Assembly: GCA_040954595.2 (NCBI GenBank) | Contig: CM082585.2 | Location: 7,789,353 to 7,853,352 of the forward strand | Direction of reading: 5' to 3' | Length of the DNA: 64,000 nt | Source: Balanoglossus misakiensis | Lineage: Eukaryota; Animalia; Hemichordata | Shown: positions 14,289 through 27,700 of the stretch, one piece after another | Position numbering within the stretch: position 1 is the stretch's first letter | How the letters are laid out: the number at the start of each line of letters is the position of its first letter | Translations under genes and position numbers: made by a program | The notes under the pieces: model-generated | The model's input: only the letters and a program-made list of their open reading frames with translations | What the model was told of the DNA's origin: nothing | The model's database searches: none

Positions 14289-17200
14289 AGTTTTTTCGGC
14301 CTATTCATTATGCTTACTTGAGCATTATCACGCGATTGTCCTACATATATCGTTCGTGGTTATTATTCTTATAAACCAGTATGTTACGCTCTGTTTAACT
14401 GTGGTGACATCTGAGTGTCAAAAATAAACGAAGACAATGAAATAAACACTAGGTAATATGCGATGTCGTAAATTATTTGCTGCGCTAATTCAGCTATCCA
14501 TGGAGAGTGGTTACCCACTTCTGAACCTACCAGGTAATACTGAAAAATTACCGCGTATATTTTTGGAGATTCGTTTTAGATACTAAAGAATTGTTTACTT
14601 GGTCGAATACAATATCCCGGTACAATGTGTAATATGGGGCGTTTGTGACGAACTGTCGCACACGCATTAAGCTGTGTTTGTTACTGAGGAGTGGCTGTGT
14701 GCGCCATTTTGACCTACTTAAAGTTCATTTTGACGCACAGGCCCCGACGACGTCTGGGGACAGACTTTGCCTGGTTATTCGCGGCAATCCTTGCATTCAC
14801 CTTCGGTGGAGATGCCATGGCATTCAAACACGACGCTCCTAAAGTGCTTATTCTATCTACGAACCCGGTCTTGGAATCCAACGTGCCACTTTCTGTGCTC
14901 TAATACTTGAAGCAGGTTGACGTATCTCTTCCGGAAACGCGCCTGGCATCTTTTGACACAAACCATGAAAAATTATTGTAAAAATTGGCACCTGTTCTAT
15001 ATTCAATGTCTGCCAGGTTATTTTAGGTCAACCTGTGTATAATTAGACGACCGCTTTGGCGGGTTGTCGACATATAACCTTCATCGGGAAGTAGAATCGA
15101 CGCGTGCATTTTAGTACCATATCAATAAGTCGTGACGTAAGACTATATGTGTGGAGAGGGGTGTCCTTTCAGACGACTTGTACATGCTATTTCTATATAG
15201 TAACACTCTTTGATATAATAACACGACAAAAACGCCACGAACTACATAATTGAACAGAACGCCATCTTGACGACCTGCACTGCACTGACCCAGCACCAAT
15301 TTAGTGACCTCCGTCCTTCAAATAAGCAAAAAAAGGAATAAGTACGTAGGTCCACGCTTCCTACTATGACAATGGTGCAAAACGTGTCCAAAATGTATCC
15401 CCTGCTAAATGTAGAGGTGACTGGCAAAAATAGCCAAAATATGAGTAAAGTTGTAAGTTACGATCAAGCCAGGTTACGTGAGATTGTCACGTGTTCGAAC
15501 ATGTTACCACAACCAATGCAAAACGCTAAACCACCATCTACACCTGGTGAACAGCCAATCAACAGACTTCGTTCAAGAGCCTCTCTATATCACAGATACA
15601 CATTTGGGTATAACAACAGTGACATGATACGGTATACGGTATCCTATACGCTGTCTGGGAAACGAGTTGTTTGTATGTACGTGTCCTGCCATTCACAACG
15701 GACGCCCTGACACAATTGTCATCCTAATAAGGTACTGTACACCAAAAACACTTCGGGTTACAGCCACCATGCACCTTACTTTCCCATTGGGGCGCGTAAC
15801 AAGTGTAGCTAACATATGCAAATATCCACTGAAATTTCGTCGACGCCAGACACTGAAACATCGACTACTGAACTCGACCATCCAACTCATCACGGTTATT
15901 CTGACCTGGCGCGATATCTATACACCACGACATCAGTGGCGTGGCAGTGAATGGCCAATTCGCCTATCTACGCGTAAACACGGTCGACAGACCGGCAATA
16001 CACGCACTGTTGACCGAAATCGGTTTAATAAGGCCGCCTTAACGCATGTAGCAGTTTACAAAAAAAAGCGATCAAATAACGCTTAGAACGGCATAGAATA
16101 ATTGTCCCGAGGGAGCCCTTTTTCGATAATTTGGAACCCCCATCATTATAAACCATATTTACGATCGTTCGTGGTTCGTCGGTACCCCAATTTTCAGCAA
16201 AAGTTTGGGTGTGGAGTCGGAGATGCGATTTGGTGTGACGGGTATTTTCAAGGTCGTGCACTTTCAAACAAGCGCTGTTTTCAGATGACATATTTATAGA
16301 GTCGACGTGAGAACATATTGTACGTCGTCGAAAAACGCGGCGTTCTCGGGTATCGTTCCGTCAATTTTAACAAGACGCGTTTTAAGCTACAACGGCAAAT
16401 CTACAGCCCAATTATTATCATCATCTGGGAATTGTTGATAAGGATCGATAAAGAACATCGGAAAATAACCAATCATGCATTTTCCTTCCACTTCGTAACA
16501 TAATTGTGGCTCTAAATATGGTCGTAGATCGATCACGAGAATTACGACTGCACATCTACAAATGCCTAATATCGTTACGTTCGCTATGTACAAATTATGG
16601 AAACTTACGGAAGTGTGTAACCTACGGTAAATTCGACGACATACACGAATAAATGTCGTATGACGACGTCGACAGGGGATCGGGGGAAAATGGGACGCAA
16701 TAATTAACGGCGCTTAGGCTCGTCACAGCTTTTCTGTATTGATGTCGACTGCCATTGTTGTTAACGCCGGCGTGTTTTCGACCGTCATGTGCAAAACGTC
16801 TGTGTGTGCGTTGTATGCAGACGATGACTCTAATAGTAGCCTATAGAAAAAGATTGTCGAATAAACGTTTAAAAACCCCTCGCTCGTGCACGCGATCGCC
16901 TGTGGTTCTGTTAGATCTGCGGCCATGCAGGCTGTGAATCTGTGATGTCAATTTCAACCGGTGTTACGAGGTAAAGGGCCCCGAAAGTCGAACCACCGGG
17001 GTTCCGCGCTGTGACATCTCGATGGAGATCAAAACAGACTTCCGATATTTAAATTTAAACAAACGATCGTTGCGACACGCCCGAAGTCCCCGATGCTTCC
17101 AGACGTCTTTCAAAGTACAGCTCCTCGTTTTTATTCGATGGAATCTAGCTCGACTCTTTTTAGTCTCGCTATCGCAGATAATGCTATTCTTGCGTTACAT

Positions 17201-18738
17201 CCATAATTGTGATTAAAAATAACCCTTACGAATACGAGAATATAGAGCACCGATGTCCACATTTTCAAGTGTAATAGACGTGTCTTTTTGCAGACACCGC
17301 CCGCGTGTCATAGACAGACATGACAACACGATTCAGTTGTCGGGTTGATATTTGTTGACTAACAGAGAGCTGAGAATGAGGCAAGATGACAGAATGTGGC
17401 CATGCGTTGGAAGTCGAAAGGGCGTGCTCCTGAATGAGTGTATTGAATTTTAATACCTGTTCTGAAAAGGTGAAACAATGGGACGAAAAGGGTGCTTTAA
17501 TTAGAGGATCTCGGAGGTCAACGGGCGCTGGTTAAATTATTGGCTATTAAAAAATTTGACCACGTCGAGTGGACGCGACGACGCCAAACCAGCACATTTT
17601 GTAAACCATGGAACAACAACGATATGTGTCGCTCTCTCGATCCCAATTCCACGCTCGCATTTCACGAAACGAACACGACCGCCCATATGTCACATGTGCA
17701 TTTCCAGTGAAATTGCGACAAATCGTGGACGACAGCGCTCGACGAAGTCTCGCCGAACCGAACGTCTGAAATGTCGCTAATAATTCTCCCTCGTGCCATG
17801 TCACCGAAGCATGGCCCGAGATGTTAAATAGTTCTTACGAAGTGAAATAAGTAAACAACGGCAAACCTATTTGGGGGAACCGCCATTGGCGTCCTTGAGG
17901 TTAGCGTTTAAACTCGCGCAAAATCGGCAGATTAAACCCTAAAAATTCCGATACCCCATTGCCATTTCCCGAAAAAAGCACGTTGTATCGATATACAACT
18001 TGGTTCTTCGAGTGTTACGAACCTTCGTGCTGGCGTCTTCAAGCCGACTGTCCGATCTTCGCCCGTCTTCCGAACTTCCTGCTCTCGAGCCAGCAGCATG
18101 CGATCTGAGTGCAGAGGAATAAACGTTAGCCAACACTCACATACGTATGCTGAATATAAAGTTCACTAAATACGGAACACGATTGGGAAAGCATCGCGAG
18201 TATAAATGCAATGCACACCGAAACTTCGCACGCTTTACTGCAAAACTGCCGAATATCTGCACTTACGAAGTCTTCTCCTCTCGAAGGCTGTCCAAAAGCG
18301 AGGAACCGTTATCAGTACTGACACCTAACACTTCCCAAATGTTCCGAGGGGGCCTGTCTGACATGATTCGAGGCGTAAACGCGAGGCATGGAGAGCACGA
18401 ATAGATCGTAGTCGTAAACGAGTTGGTCGAGCTCTCTCGTATCGCGCCAACACAAAGGTTTCCACCGAGTCGAACTTTCGAATTGTTAAAAGCTTGCTAT
18501 CACGTGAGAATGTGAATTATCCTGCAGTGAACTGTCACGAAAAATACAAACAAACGTTAAGCAGAATCCCACAAAAACACAGTAAATGCTATTCGAAGGA
18601 AAGAACTTGGGTTTGATATGTGTCCTAGAGGAGACTTACGTCATCATCGTCACTGTCTTACGTTATACACTATCAATTAATTATGATAGGCGTGTAAATT
18701 CTCCCAACCTCCCCATTACCCATGCTGCTTTGGTCAAG

Positions 18739-18799
18739 ATGGCTACCGGGAAATCGGGATCGATAGTGTGTCTGTTCCTTGTGATATTTCTAAGCTTAG
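18739..18799 (+). CDS. ATP6AP2: ATP6AP2 exon 1 (signal peptide MATGKSGSIVCLFLVIFLSL)
   Basis: caagATGGC start, hydrophobic signal peptide and TTAG|gtaaga donor in phase 1, matching the phase-1 acceptor at 28271. It lies 9.5 kb from exon 2, so the link is inferred. Confidence 0.75.
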
Positions 18800-21700
18800 G
18801 TAAGATTGAATGTTCATCACTGTCATCTAACATATCTACTATATAATTAACTTCATGTACGTGAAATTTTGAAGCACTCCGTGGGCTCCTTTCGTAGAAC
18901 TATGGTCTTCAATATTGACCTTGTTCTCCGTAAGCATTCTCGTCTTATCACGGGAATCACCATAGACTGTAGTGTATACATTAAATCGAGGAAATCTCAG
19001 CAAATGTATCACTATATCATATTTTAGACATTTAGTTATCAAAATTTAATTAATCCAAAGCTATCTGTGGCGAAATTTTGCAAGTAACGTTATTTTTAAA
19101 GAATTTCGTTTATCGAATACGATGTTTGCCCGAACGACCTTTAATCACATGGGTCTGCAGTCATATCATGTGACCATGCGACATACGTAAGCGGACACAT
19201 CGACCTGCGTACCATATATACGTGTATATTAAGCTGACTTTCCGCGGTGTACGACGGAAACGAAGAATTCAAGACACTGGAAGCGAACAAGGACGATTTG
19301 TAACAGTTCTGCGGACCAGCTTTCATGGTGGCTATAAATAGATAGTGGGAGTCTCGCTTACTATTCATACTAAATGCGGGTTACTATCAGACCTACTTCA
19401 GAGGTGGTGTTAGCCGATATTAAATCGTGTGGCGACCTGAGCACAAATACATTTGGCGCAAAACATGTAAACTGCAGCAATGAATTCAACAGATATATTT
19501 TTCAAGTTCTGTGAAAAAAAAGCCTTTACCGCAACTAATACAGTAACAGTAACCGCAGTTCGCTTCAGAACACACCTCGATTACTGAACCCGTATAGCCA
19601 GACGGGAAATATTATATGCAAATTAATGCGACGAACCCAGTGTTGCTTTTTGTATTCAGTACTGAGCGTGAATTTGTGTTTTTCTGAGCGCACATTCCTG
19701 AATTTCATATAGAAAATGAAGTACTAATAAGCTTGTTGTCCAATATGAGGACAGTGGACTGACCACACCTTGACAAGGGCTGTAATGGACACATATATAT
19801 AAAGCCATATTAGAAAATATTAATTATTCATTATGTACGTTGGTTGTGTGGTTCAAATTTAACGCGTGTGATAGCTGCTGCGATAATTGTCATGGAAACC
19901 AAGGCCACACGGTTAAATTATTGAAACCACTGAAGTTTGTTCCCTTCGAGCTTTGCAGGAGGAATAACACCGGTGATAGGTGTGTTGTGTATGGCCACGT
20001 TACGCCTCTCGGTTCATCCACCTTTGTACAGGAAGACCGTACCAGTTTAATTTTATTCATACATGTATTTCGCCTCTGTATGTCACTGACTTGTTCATTG
20101 TCCTTATCATCAGACTGAGCTCAGGTTTCTGCCAGGACTTGAAAATGCTACCTCGCTGGTTATCTTGGTGCGTACGTTGAACCACAACCCTCCCCCAGGG
20201 ACCGTGGTTGAACCCCTGGTAACGTACGTTCCCCAGGAATTCCAAAACATGGAGATTGCCCGTTCACACACAGGAGGGACTGGGCGCGAGTTCAAAGATC
20301 GGGAACAGGGTTCCGAGAGCTCGTCCGTTGAACTTCGGGCGTTAGGACATTTTCTGTTAAAAGTGTCGATGTGGGAATGTCCACAGTCCTTGTAGGCGTG
20401 ACCTTTGACCTAGGCCTGGACCATTCGCCATCTGCCCCCGACAAAAGGTTACATTTATCTAATTTATCGAGCCCCTCACTCTGTATGATGTCAGCGTGGC
20501 TGGTACGCGGCCTCCATACCAGGCGATCCAGAGTATAGGCTTTCTGGTACACCGAGATTCAGACACCTCGCCGGTGAAACACAATGGTAATTTAAAGCTA
20601 ACAGTTTAAAGAAAAAGGATTAGTTATACTGTTCGGTGCAGACCAACCGTGACGAGGCATTTTCTGTGGTGTACGTTGTGGTGTGTGCAGGGATCGATTT
20701 ATGTAACATCCGGGCACTATTGTAGTCGGGGCACCGCGTGCTGGTTGTTTCCTTGCGCACTGGCTGTACGTAACTGAGGTATTATGCAACTTGGTTGAAT
20801 TTACCAGATGCGGCCGAAACCTTGACTTATCGGAACGGAAAAGAAAAGCACCCGGCTTTCTGTTTATGTGTATTTGGGTCACACCGCACAAGTGAATGCT
20901 GTTTTGTAAATATAGAATTGCCGAATGTAAAATACACTGATACGATGCATTCTGCTTTTGTATTTGGAGCGGTATACTGTCAAACCCAATCTGATATCTG
21001 GGTGGAGACTTAGGTGATCTGTACAGTGCAGTTTTGTGCGGGGATTCTGCAGCAATCTACATGCACATGAAACGAACAGATTAGTTCTTGTACGCCTATG
21101 TCAAGTCTGGAATTGGTATGTATGGACAGACGAGATGAAGTGGCCAAAATCGGACACTGTATGACATCATTTCGGCTTCTTTTGATAGTTCGTTGTTTCT
21201 CAGTGTCGTGTGCACGCGTTGGGGGCACTCGTTCACCTGTCTGTCGTCACGTGCCGACAACAGGTGAAACAATGGTGCTGAGTACAATTGCTCAGGTAAA
21301 TGGGCGTGGAATGCGAACTTCGTTGTATCTTGTTGATTTCCTTGAATACGTTATTCCGGGGTGTGGTGCACTGCCAACAACGTGTGATGCGCTAAAGTTG
21401 TAGAAGGTGGTCTGTATAGGCTGCAGGTGTTGGCGTTACATCATTACCATATTGCGTCGACTCGTTTATCGGCGAGGACAAAGTGAACTTGAGGGTGTCC
21501 AAGGTGTCTCGTGTCTGCTAACCTTTGGCCAGTGTGCAATGCATGGTGGTGACCGGTGTACAGGTAACCGCAGATGACCCTTCAGATACCCTGGCCCGCG
21601 TCATGGGTCGTACTCAATCCGCAATAAGTGGTCGAGTCGTCCGTGTTCTAGAAATCAATAGCTACATTATACACCAAAGGAGAATATTCAATGAATCAAG

Positions 21701-24700
21701 TGACACATATTGTGGGTACCGCTATATTTCATTACCCATACTTAAATTTAATTGCAGTGAGAGCGACACGTTAGTCTAATTTTGGAGGGATTGGTCGGAA
21801 CATGGAGGTATAAGCCCTTCAAGGTCTATGACAACGTCGGAAATACTCGAAAGTTACCAGCATGCGTGAGTACGCATGAAACGATGACGATTCTAGCAAA
21901 GATTTTTTTGTACCACTTCTCGTCACTTCTGGATGGATACCATCACGTGGCTATATACACTGGCTTCTTTTCTAGTTATGTAATCTGCACACGATTAAAA
22001 GATGTGAAATTCAAGTGTACGAGGTACTCATGGATGTAAATAAAGCATTGTGTTTCATTTCTAAAATAGCTTTAAGACGCCATTTTGAATCGAACTGACG
22101 GTGCCTATATAATGCCCAAAGCATGACAAGTGATGATTTCTAGGAATTAATAAAGAGCGTCCATCGAGATTGCTCATGTGATCTGCGACTACGCTAATTG
22201 AAATATCCTAAAATTATAACGCGATGGTAGAATGGTTGGGCAGTCTCCGGGCACGACCAGAAACCTGTGATGTATGTAAATGATATGTCTCACCTCGAAC
22301 TCTATTTACGGGTCAGCGTTTCCCGCGCAGCCGACAACGGTGGCTGATAACGCAGTCTGTCTGCGAACGTACCCAAGCTGACGCGAGCGGTGTTTCTTTT
22401 TCTCTCGCTCCGATTAATTGACGACAGCGCTGTTTTGCCCTGTTTGATTATTTATCGCGTGGACGACGGCGGCAGTCCCTTTGCGGTTGTAAAAATGCCG
22501 CGCACGAAGTCTTGCGGGAGAGACAAAAAGAGAGAGACCACGCGTGATCGTTGTGACGATAAACGAAAATTGCTTCTCTCACCTTAATCGTTCCTTCCAC
22601 CATTTTTGTCACATTTGTAAGCAGAAACGTATTTTCAGGGTTGTTCTCGGCAAATCTGTCAGCGGTGAAGTTGAGTACATTCTGCAAATCAGCAAAATAA
22701 AAAATAAGCTTATTAAAGTAGCGGTTGAACGGACAAAATCCTAAACATTCCATCATGTTTTGTAATGTCTATTTTTCTTTTCACACACCGGATTATTTAC
22801 GTTCATGTTCTGCTCATGCTCACTGGAGCATACACGTTGCGCAGGGGTAACATTTGATTTTTCCAGGCAACGTGAATGTCAACTATATACGTTTATTATG
22901 ATGATATGAGCAAAGCTCTGACCACAGTAAACTGCTTTTTATTAACCACGTGACTGATGGACGCCATGAATTTAGGGTAGCGACTTCGCCATTAATTTTG
23001 AGCACGTGATCGGTCACCTGACGAGACACGTTTCCCTATGGGGCAACCAATCCTGGGTTTTAAGGGTTTACGTATGCAACAGCACCGTGTCCCTTTGTTT
23101 GATAATTTCCCAAGATCATTATTGATGAAGTCCACTTGTTGACGATGATGAGATACGTGCATGATGCAAAGTTTACGACCCGTGTCGTCAGCGTGCCCAT
23201 AAAGTTAATGGAGAAATCGATCAGATTTCCCAGGCCGTCGTTCCAGCTATTTCCATTACACCTGAAGTTCATGGGTACTGTTAATTAAAACACATGCGGT
23301 GCAAAGGTTCTAATGAATTCGTGTCGTGCACAAGTTTGTTCACCTTGGCAGTTCATGGCAGTTTCGCGTCTCGCAGCTAAAAATTTCTACCTCTTCAATC
23401 AACTCAGAGCCTCACAATGGCCGTTTCCTTGGCAACCCATCCTCGCGGAACCCTTTCCTTCCTTCCTTGGCCTGGTGACTGAATCCCTGAAACCTTACCT
23501 ATATTCTGATGTCACATACATGTACCTATCTTTGTCCGTTTCCTTGGCAACCATGTATGATGGTGAAGTACGTGCCATTTCTACCCGTACCTCACCTCAA
23601 GTATAAAGTTACAACTATCGTTAGACAGTAAACACGGAAATCAGACTTTCACCAGAAAAAAACGCGCGAATTGTTTGCACTGGCAGAATTCCCTGATCGC
23701 TTTTGGCCGGCTATTTTACGTTATCCCTTTTCAATTCCACATTAGATTAAGCCCAGATAAACCTGACGATTGTCACTATTATCGTTCGAAACTGTCTTCA
23801 GAGCAACAGTGTTATTAGTGACGCTATTATGTTGTCCTGATAGGTACACGATAAGTTTCTTTCGTCATTAAGGGCCGTACATGTACCTTGTTCGCTTGAT
23901 TCTAGAGAAAATATAACGCAATTTGCCATAGGAGTGTAAGTATTTAGTGAAACCGGTTTTATTCGTGATATTGTGTTATTAGATTCTCGGCGAATAAATT
24001 CAGGTCAATTCTAACAAACAATGCTCCCTCTGTTTACACACATAAGGACTGGATGTTTCGTCATGCTTGAACGAATACAGGCATCTGTAATTTACATATA
24101 CCTGTATGTGATTAAATGGGCGTGTGGCGTGGCCACCCAGCGAAAATCTGTGACTGTAGAGGTCTGAACTTTCCATGGTTACTGTGGCGTAGGCCAAAGA
24201 TGACCCTTTACCTTCTTAGGGGAATCGAACCAGACGCAGCAGTTTAGAACAAATATTTGAAAAAAAAAATACTAGAAAAAATCGCCAACATTTGCAGATA
24301 TTGGCACTCTAACGTTTACCGTAAGTGAAAGGTATCAACAGCCGCTGGATTTGAATGCTTCGAATTTTTTTTGTCGTCATCGTTATGCGGTGAATCTTTG
24401 TTCTCGTATTTGCCTTCGATTATGTGATTCATTTGTTGGATGCGGCGGGGCGTTTAAGTCGCCGTTGCCAAGCAGACAACAACGCGGCCCGGAGTGTTCC
24501 AGGCTTCTTACGTATTCATCATTTTTGTGGAATGATGAAAAATCCGAACTGTGCTCGTCTGTAATCATATCGTGTTTTTTTTAACTTTATGATTGGGAGC
24601 CGAAAGCAGCACATTCGCCCGCTGCAGAGAAAGTGATGAACTCGTGAAATCCGATTGTCATTACTCCGTTTGTTTGATTTCCTTGAAATAATCACAATAA

Positions 24701-27700
24701 TATCGCCGCGAGCTGCGTTTGCGTACGACCCAAAGATAACAATAATTGATGACGCATGAAGTAAATGACGAGGTAGAGACACTACAGAAAGACATCTGCA
24801 AAATGCAAAGCTTAAATAGCTTGGGTGTGTGTGTGTCAGTTCTACAACAACTGTGTGTCCTGCACATGCGTACAACACCAGCAAAGAACGTAGCATTCAA
24901 GATCATTTTAATCTGAAGCTAATTGCGTCCACTGTGTGCATTAAAAATAGAACATGCATAATACATACAACGTGACTGGTTTTAAGTGTGGTTTAGAGAG
25001 AAAGTGTACTTGCTGTACAGAAAGAAATGTTGGGAAAGTCCAAAAAGAGACTGAAGTTGCGATGACTGTTCCTTTCACACCAAAAAACACCAGTTTCGCG
25101 TGTATAGAAATAATAAAACGTGCTGCCGGCGCAGTCATGTGTGCACACAAGGCTTTGCATAAATTAGGCCATCTGTGCCGGCATGCGCATTGATTGGTTC
25201 GTTAAAAATGTTAATCATTATTGATGGAATGTTTAAGAGCCGTATGCTAAACATTTAGCTGTTGCTCTTCACCTGGACCTTGCGATTGGCCAAAGTTCCC
25301 CGGCCACGCGGCATTGTCATGTAGATTGGTGGGTATTGGGTAAGGGTAGGTAGATTGCAATACTGACTGAACTCGACTACAACACTACGTTGGTTTTCAT
25401 CATGGTGTATTGCGCTGTTGAAAACCGCCCCACATGGGTTCATACATTAGGACACTTGCCGATATGAGTTTACTTGGAGTTCTTGGACCCTCGCGACTTG
25501 AGATCTTTTGTTTCTCCGTGGTCGCGCCGCGCACTCTGATTGTTTGACATCCTGCGAGCGATATTCTGGCATATCTTTCCCTGATATTTACCAGTTCGCT
25601 TGTTTGTCACGTTCGCCGTGGGGTTTATTACAACAACGGAGGCGATGTGAAAATAGATCAGCGCAGTACCGCTGTCAAGTAACACGTATTGTTTCCTTTG
25701 CCGATGTGCTCGAACAACCAGGGCTCTTCAATATAGGCAGCGGGGTCGCGGTGCTATAAATAGGCGCATTCCTCCCCGAGTCGTGACAGGGTCGCCCCAT
25801 AACGTCCTGATCGTTTTCTTGGAGCCGGTTTGCTTTCGGGTTGACCGGAATGGTTTCTGCTTTGAATATCAGTAAATGTGTTGAAGCACACCCTCACGGG
25901 GGGTTTATGTACGTACGGTATATGATATTACATATCCTCACAGGATAATATCACCTTGCCCGGTATCGATACATCGATACCGTTTGGTGTTATCCATCGT
26001 CCACCTATCTACGAGTTTGTGGACTGCAAATTTCAATATGATTTTATTTAGTTAATCAACTTGATCCTCCACGCAGATTCAAAATTCTTCGATATACCCT
26101 TTAAAACCGACCATGGCCCTAATTCAGGTAATTGCACCATTATCGAAATCTATAGAGAGTTAGCGCGACTGTATTTCAAGGTAGCCTTTCGTATGAAATT
26201 GGGTTCTTTGCGATCGATTAACCGACAGGCGGGCAGGGTTTATCATGTAGGTCATATTTCCAAGGCCACGCATTCTGTTTAATAACCATACCACGTCGAC
26301 GTCTGTCCGTGGAAGGGTGTTGTCATAAACAAACGCGAATATTATTTGTGTCCGCGTACACAATATGAACGTTTTATCATGGTCGATAACCTCTCGTTTC
26401 GCAAAATCAGAAATCGTCGTGGCTTTGTCACGAAGATCTTTGGCTCGGGGGGCGTCGCCACCGCGTGGACTCAATTAACTGTTGTAAATCAGGCGGGGGG
26501 TTTCAGGTGGTATTGGCAAGCTGCCAACAACACATGTTGACAGGACGCGTTGTTGCCCGTGCGTGATCGCGGTGAGGGCGTTCTGTCTTTTCAACTGGCA
26601 TTGAAATTCTAACGACTCCCCCCCCCCCCCCCCCCCCGCTTCAATTCCGCGTATTCCTGGGACATTCACCCAATGGGAAAATGATTTAGCTTCTCTCCAC
26701 TAACCTTAACCCTTTCCGTAATTTTAGCCTTAGGAATGTGCGAGGGGGAAATATCCGCTAAACAAATGTCCTGATAGCTTCATGTCACGAACAGTCACTC
26801 ACGATGGTGGTTTTTATCACCCTATGAATGCCTTTTTTCGACTTCACTTTGGTTGCACAAACATGCGCGATACGACCAGAACGAAACCTGCGAAAAGGGT
26901 CAATATATAGCCACTATAGAAACATCACCGATATTTATAGACCAACGTGTGTAGGCAAGCTTGTTGCGTTCCAAGAAAATTCGACCAAATTGTTTAAATT
27001 TAAACGCGGATAGGAGTCTTTTGTGAAAACGTTTCACGCTCAGTCTGGGCTATACACTGGGTCCATCATCATCATCCGCGCATACATGAAGTGTTTACAA
27101 TATTTAGAAGCTGATCGATGTACTACAACCCACATCCGTTGCCATGGAGCTGATGCCCCTGAAAGAGTCTTTGGTCGAGTGCGGCGATCGATCTGGGTTT
27201 AATATACATCTCGTGCTTTCCAAAGGAAGGGCTTTTCCGACTTTCAACGCTGTACTTCCGTTTGTTAATAGGAACGCCTCCAAAAAATCTGTGTTGTTTT
27301 TCAACACAGGTACGTGCAAGCAGAAATATTATTTTATATTTTCCTCACTGCCATTTGCGTCCTTTGTGACCCCGGCCGCGTTGCCTGGCAACCAAAAAGG
27401 CCTTCGTTATCTCTTGATTTGTTCTAACGTACGTAGCAGAGTGTGGATAGTCAGTCAGTGAGAACATCGTATCGGGTGTCAAAAACACGCGTTTCTTCTC
27501 CTTCGGGGCGATTTTCCAGCTCTTCGAATGATCGACGGAAAACCATTATCGGTGAAGGGCAGCGAGTCATTGACCCCCGACAGGGCGGGTACAAAACATC
27601 CTCCGGCCCCACCCTGGAAGTAAATTATGAACAGTCCCTTAGCGCATGACAGTGTTTTTTGCAAACGGAGTATCTCAACAACTAAGGACGCAGTTTTCGG

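Noticed and set aside
20152-20409. Minus-strand open stretch with CERAISMFWNSWGTYV..GGG, reminiscent of MACPF or CD38 motifs
   Set aside because: Motif spacing fits neither family, the acceptor is weak (it overlaps an AGGTCAAAGGTCA DR1 motif), and no flanking exons complete a domain.
24215-24240. Minus-strand GGTTCGATTCCCC tRNA B-box-like motif
   Set aside because: No cloverleaf or A-box can be built around it; at most a SINE relic.
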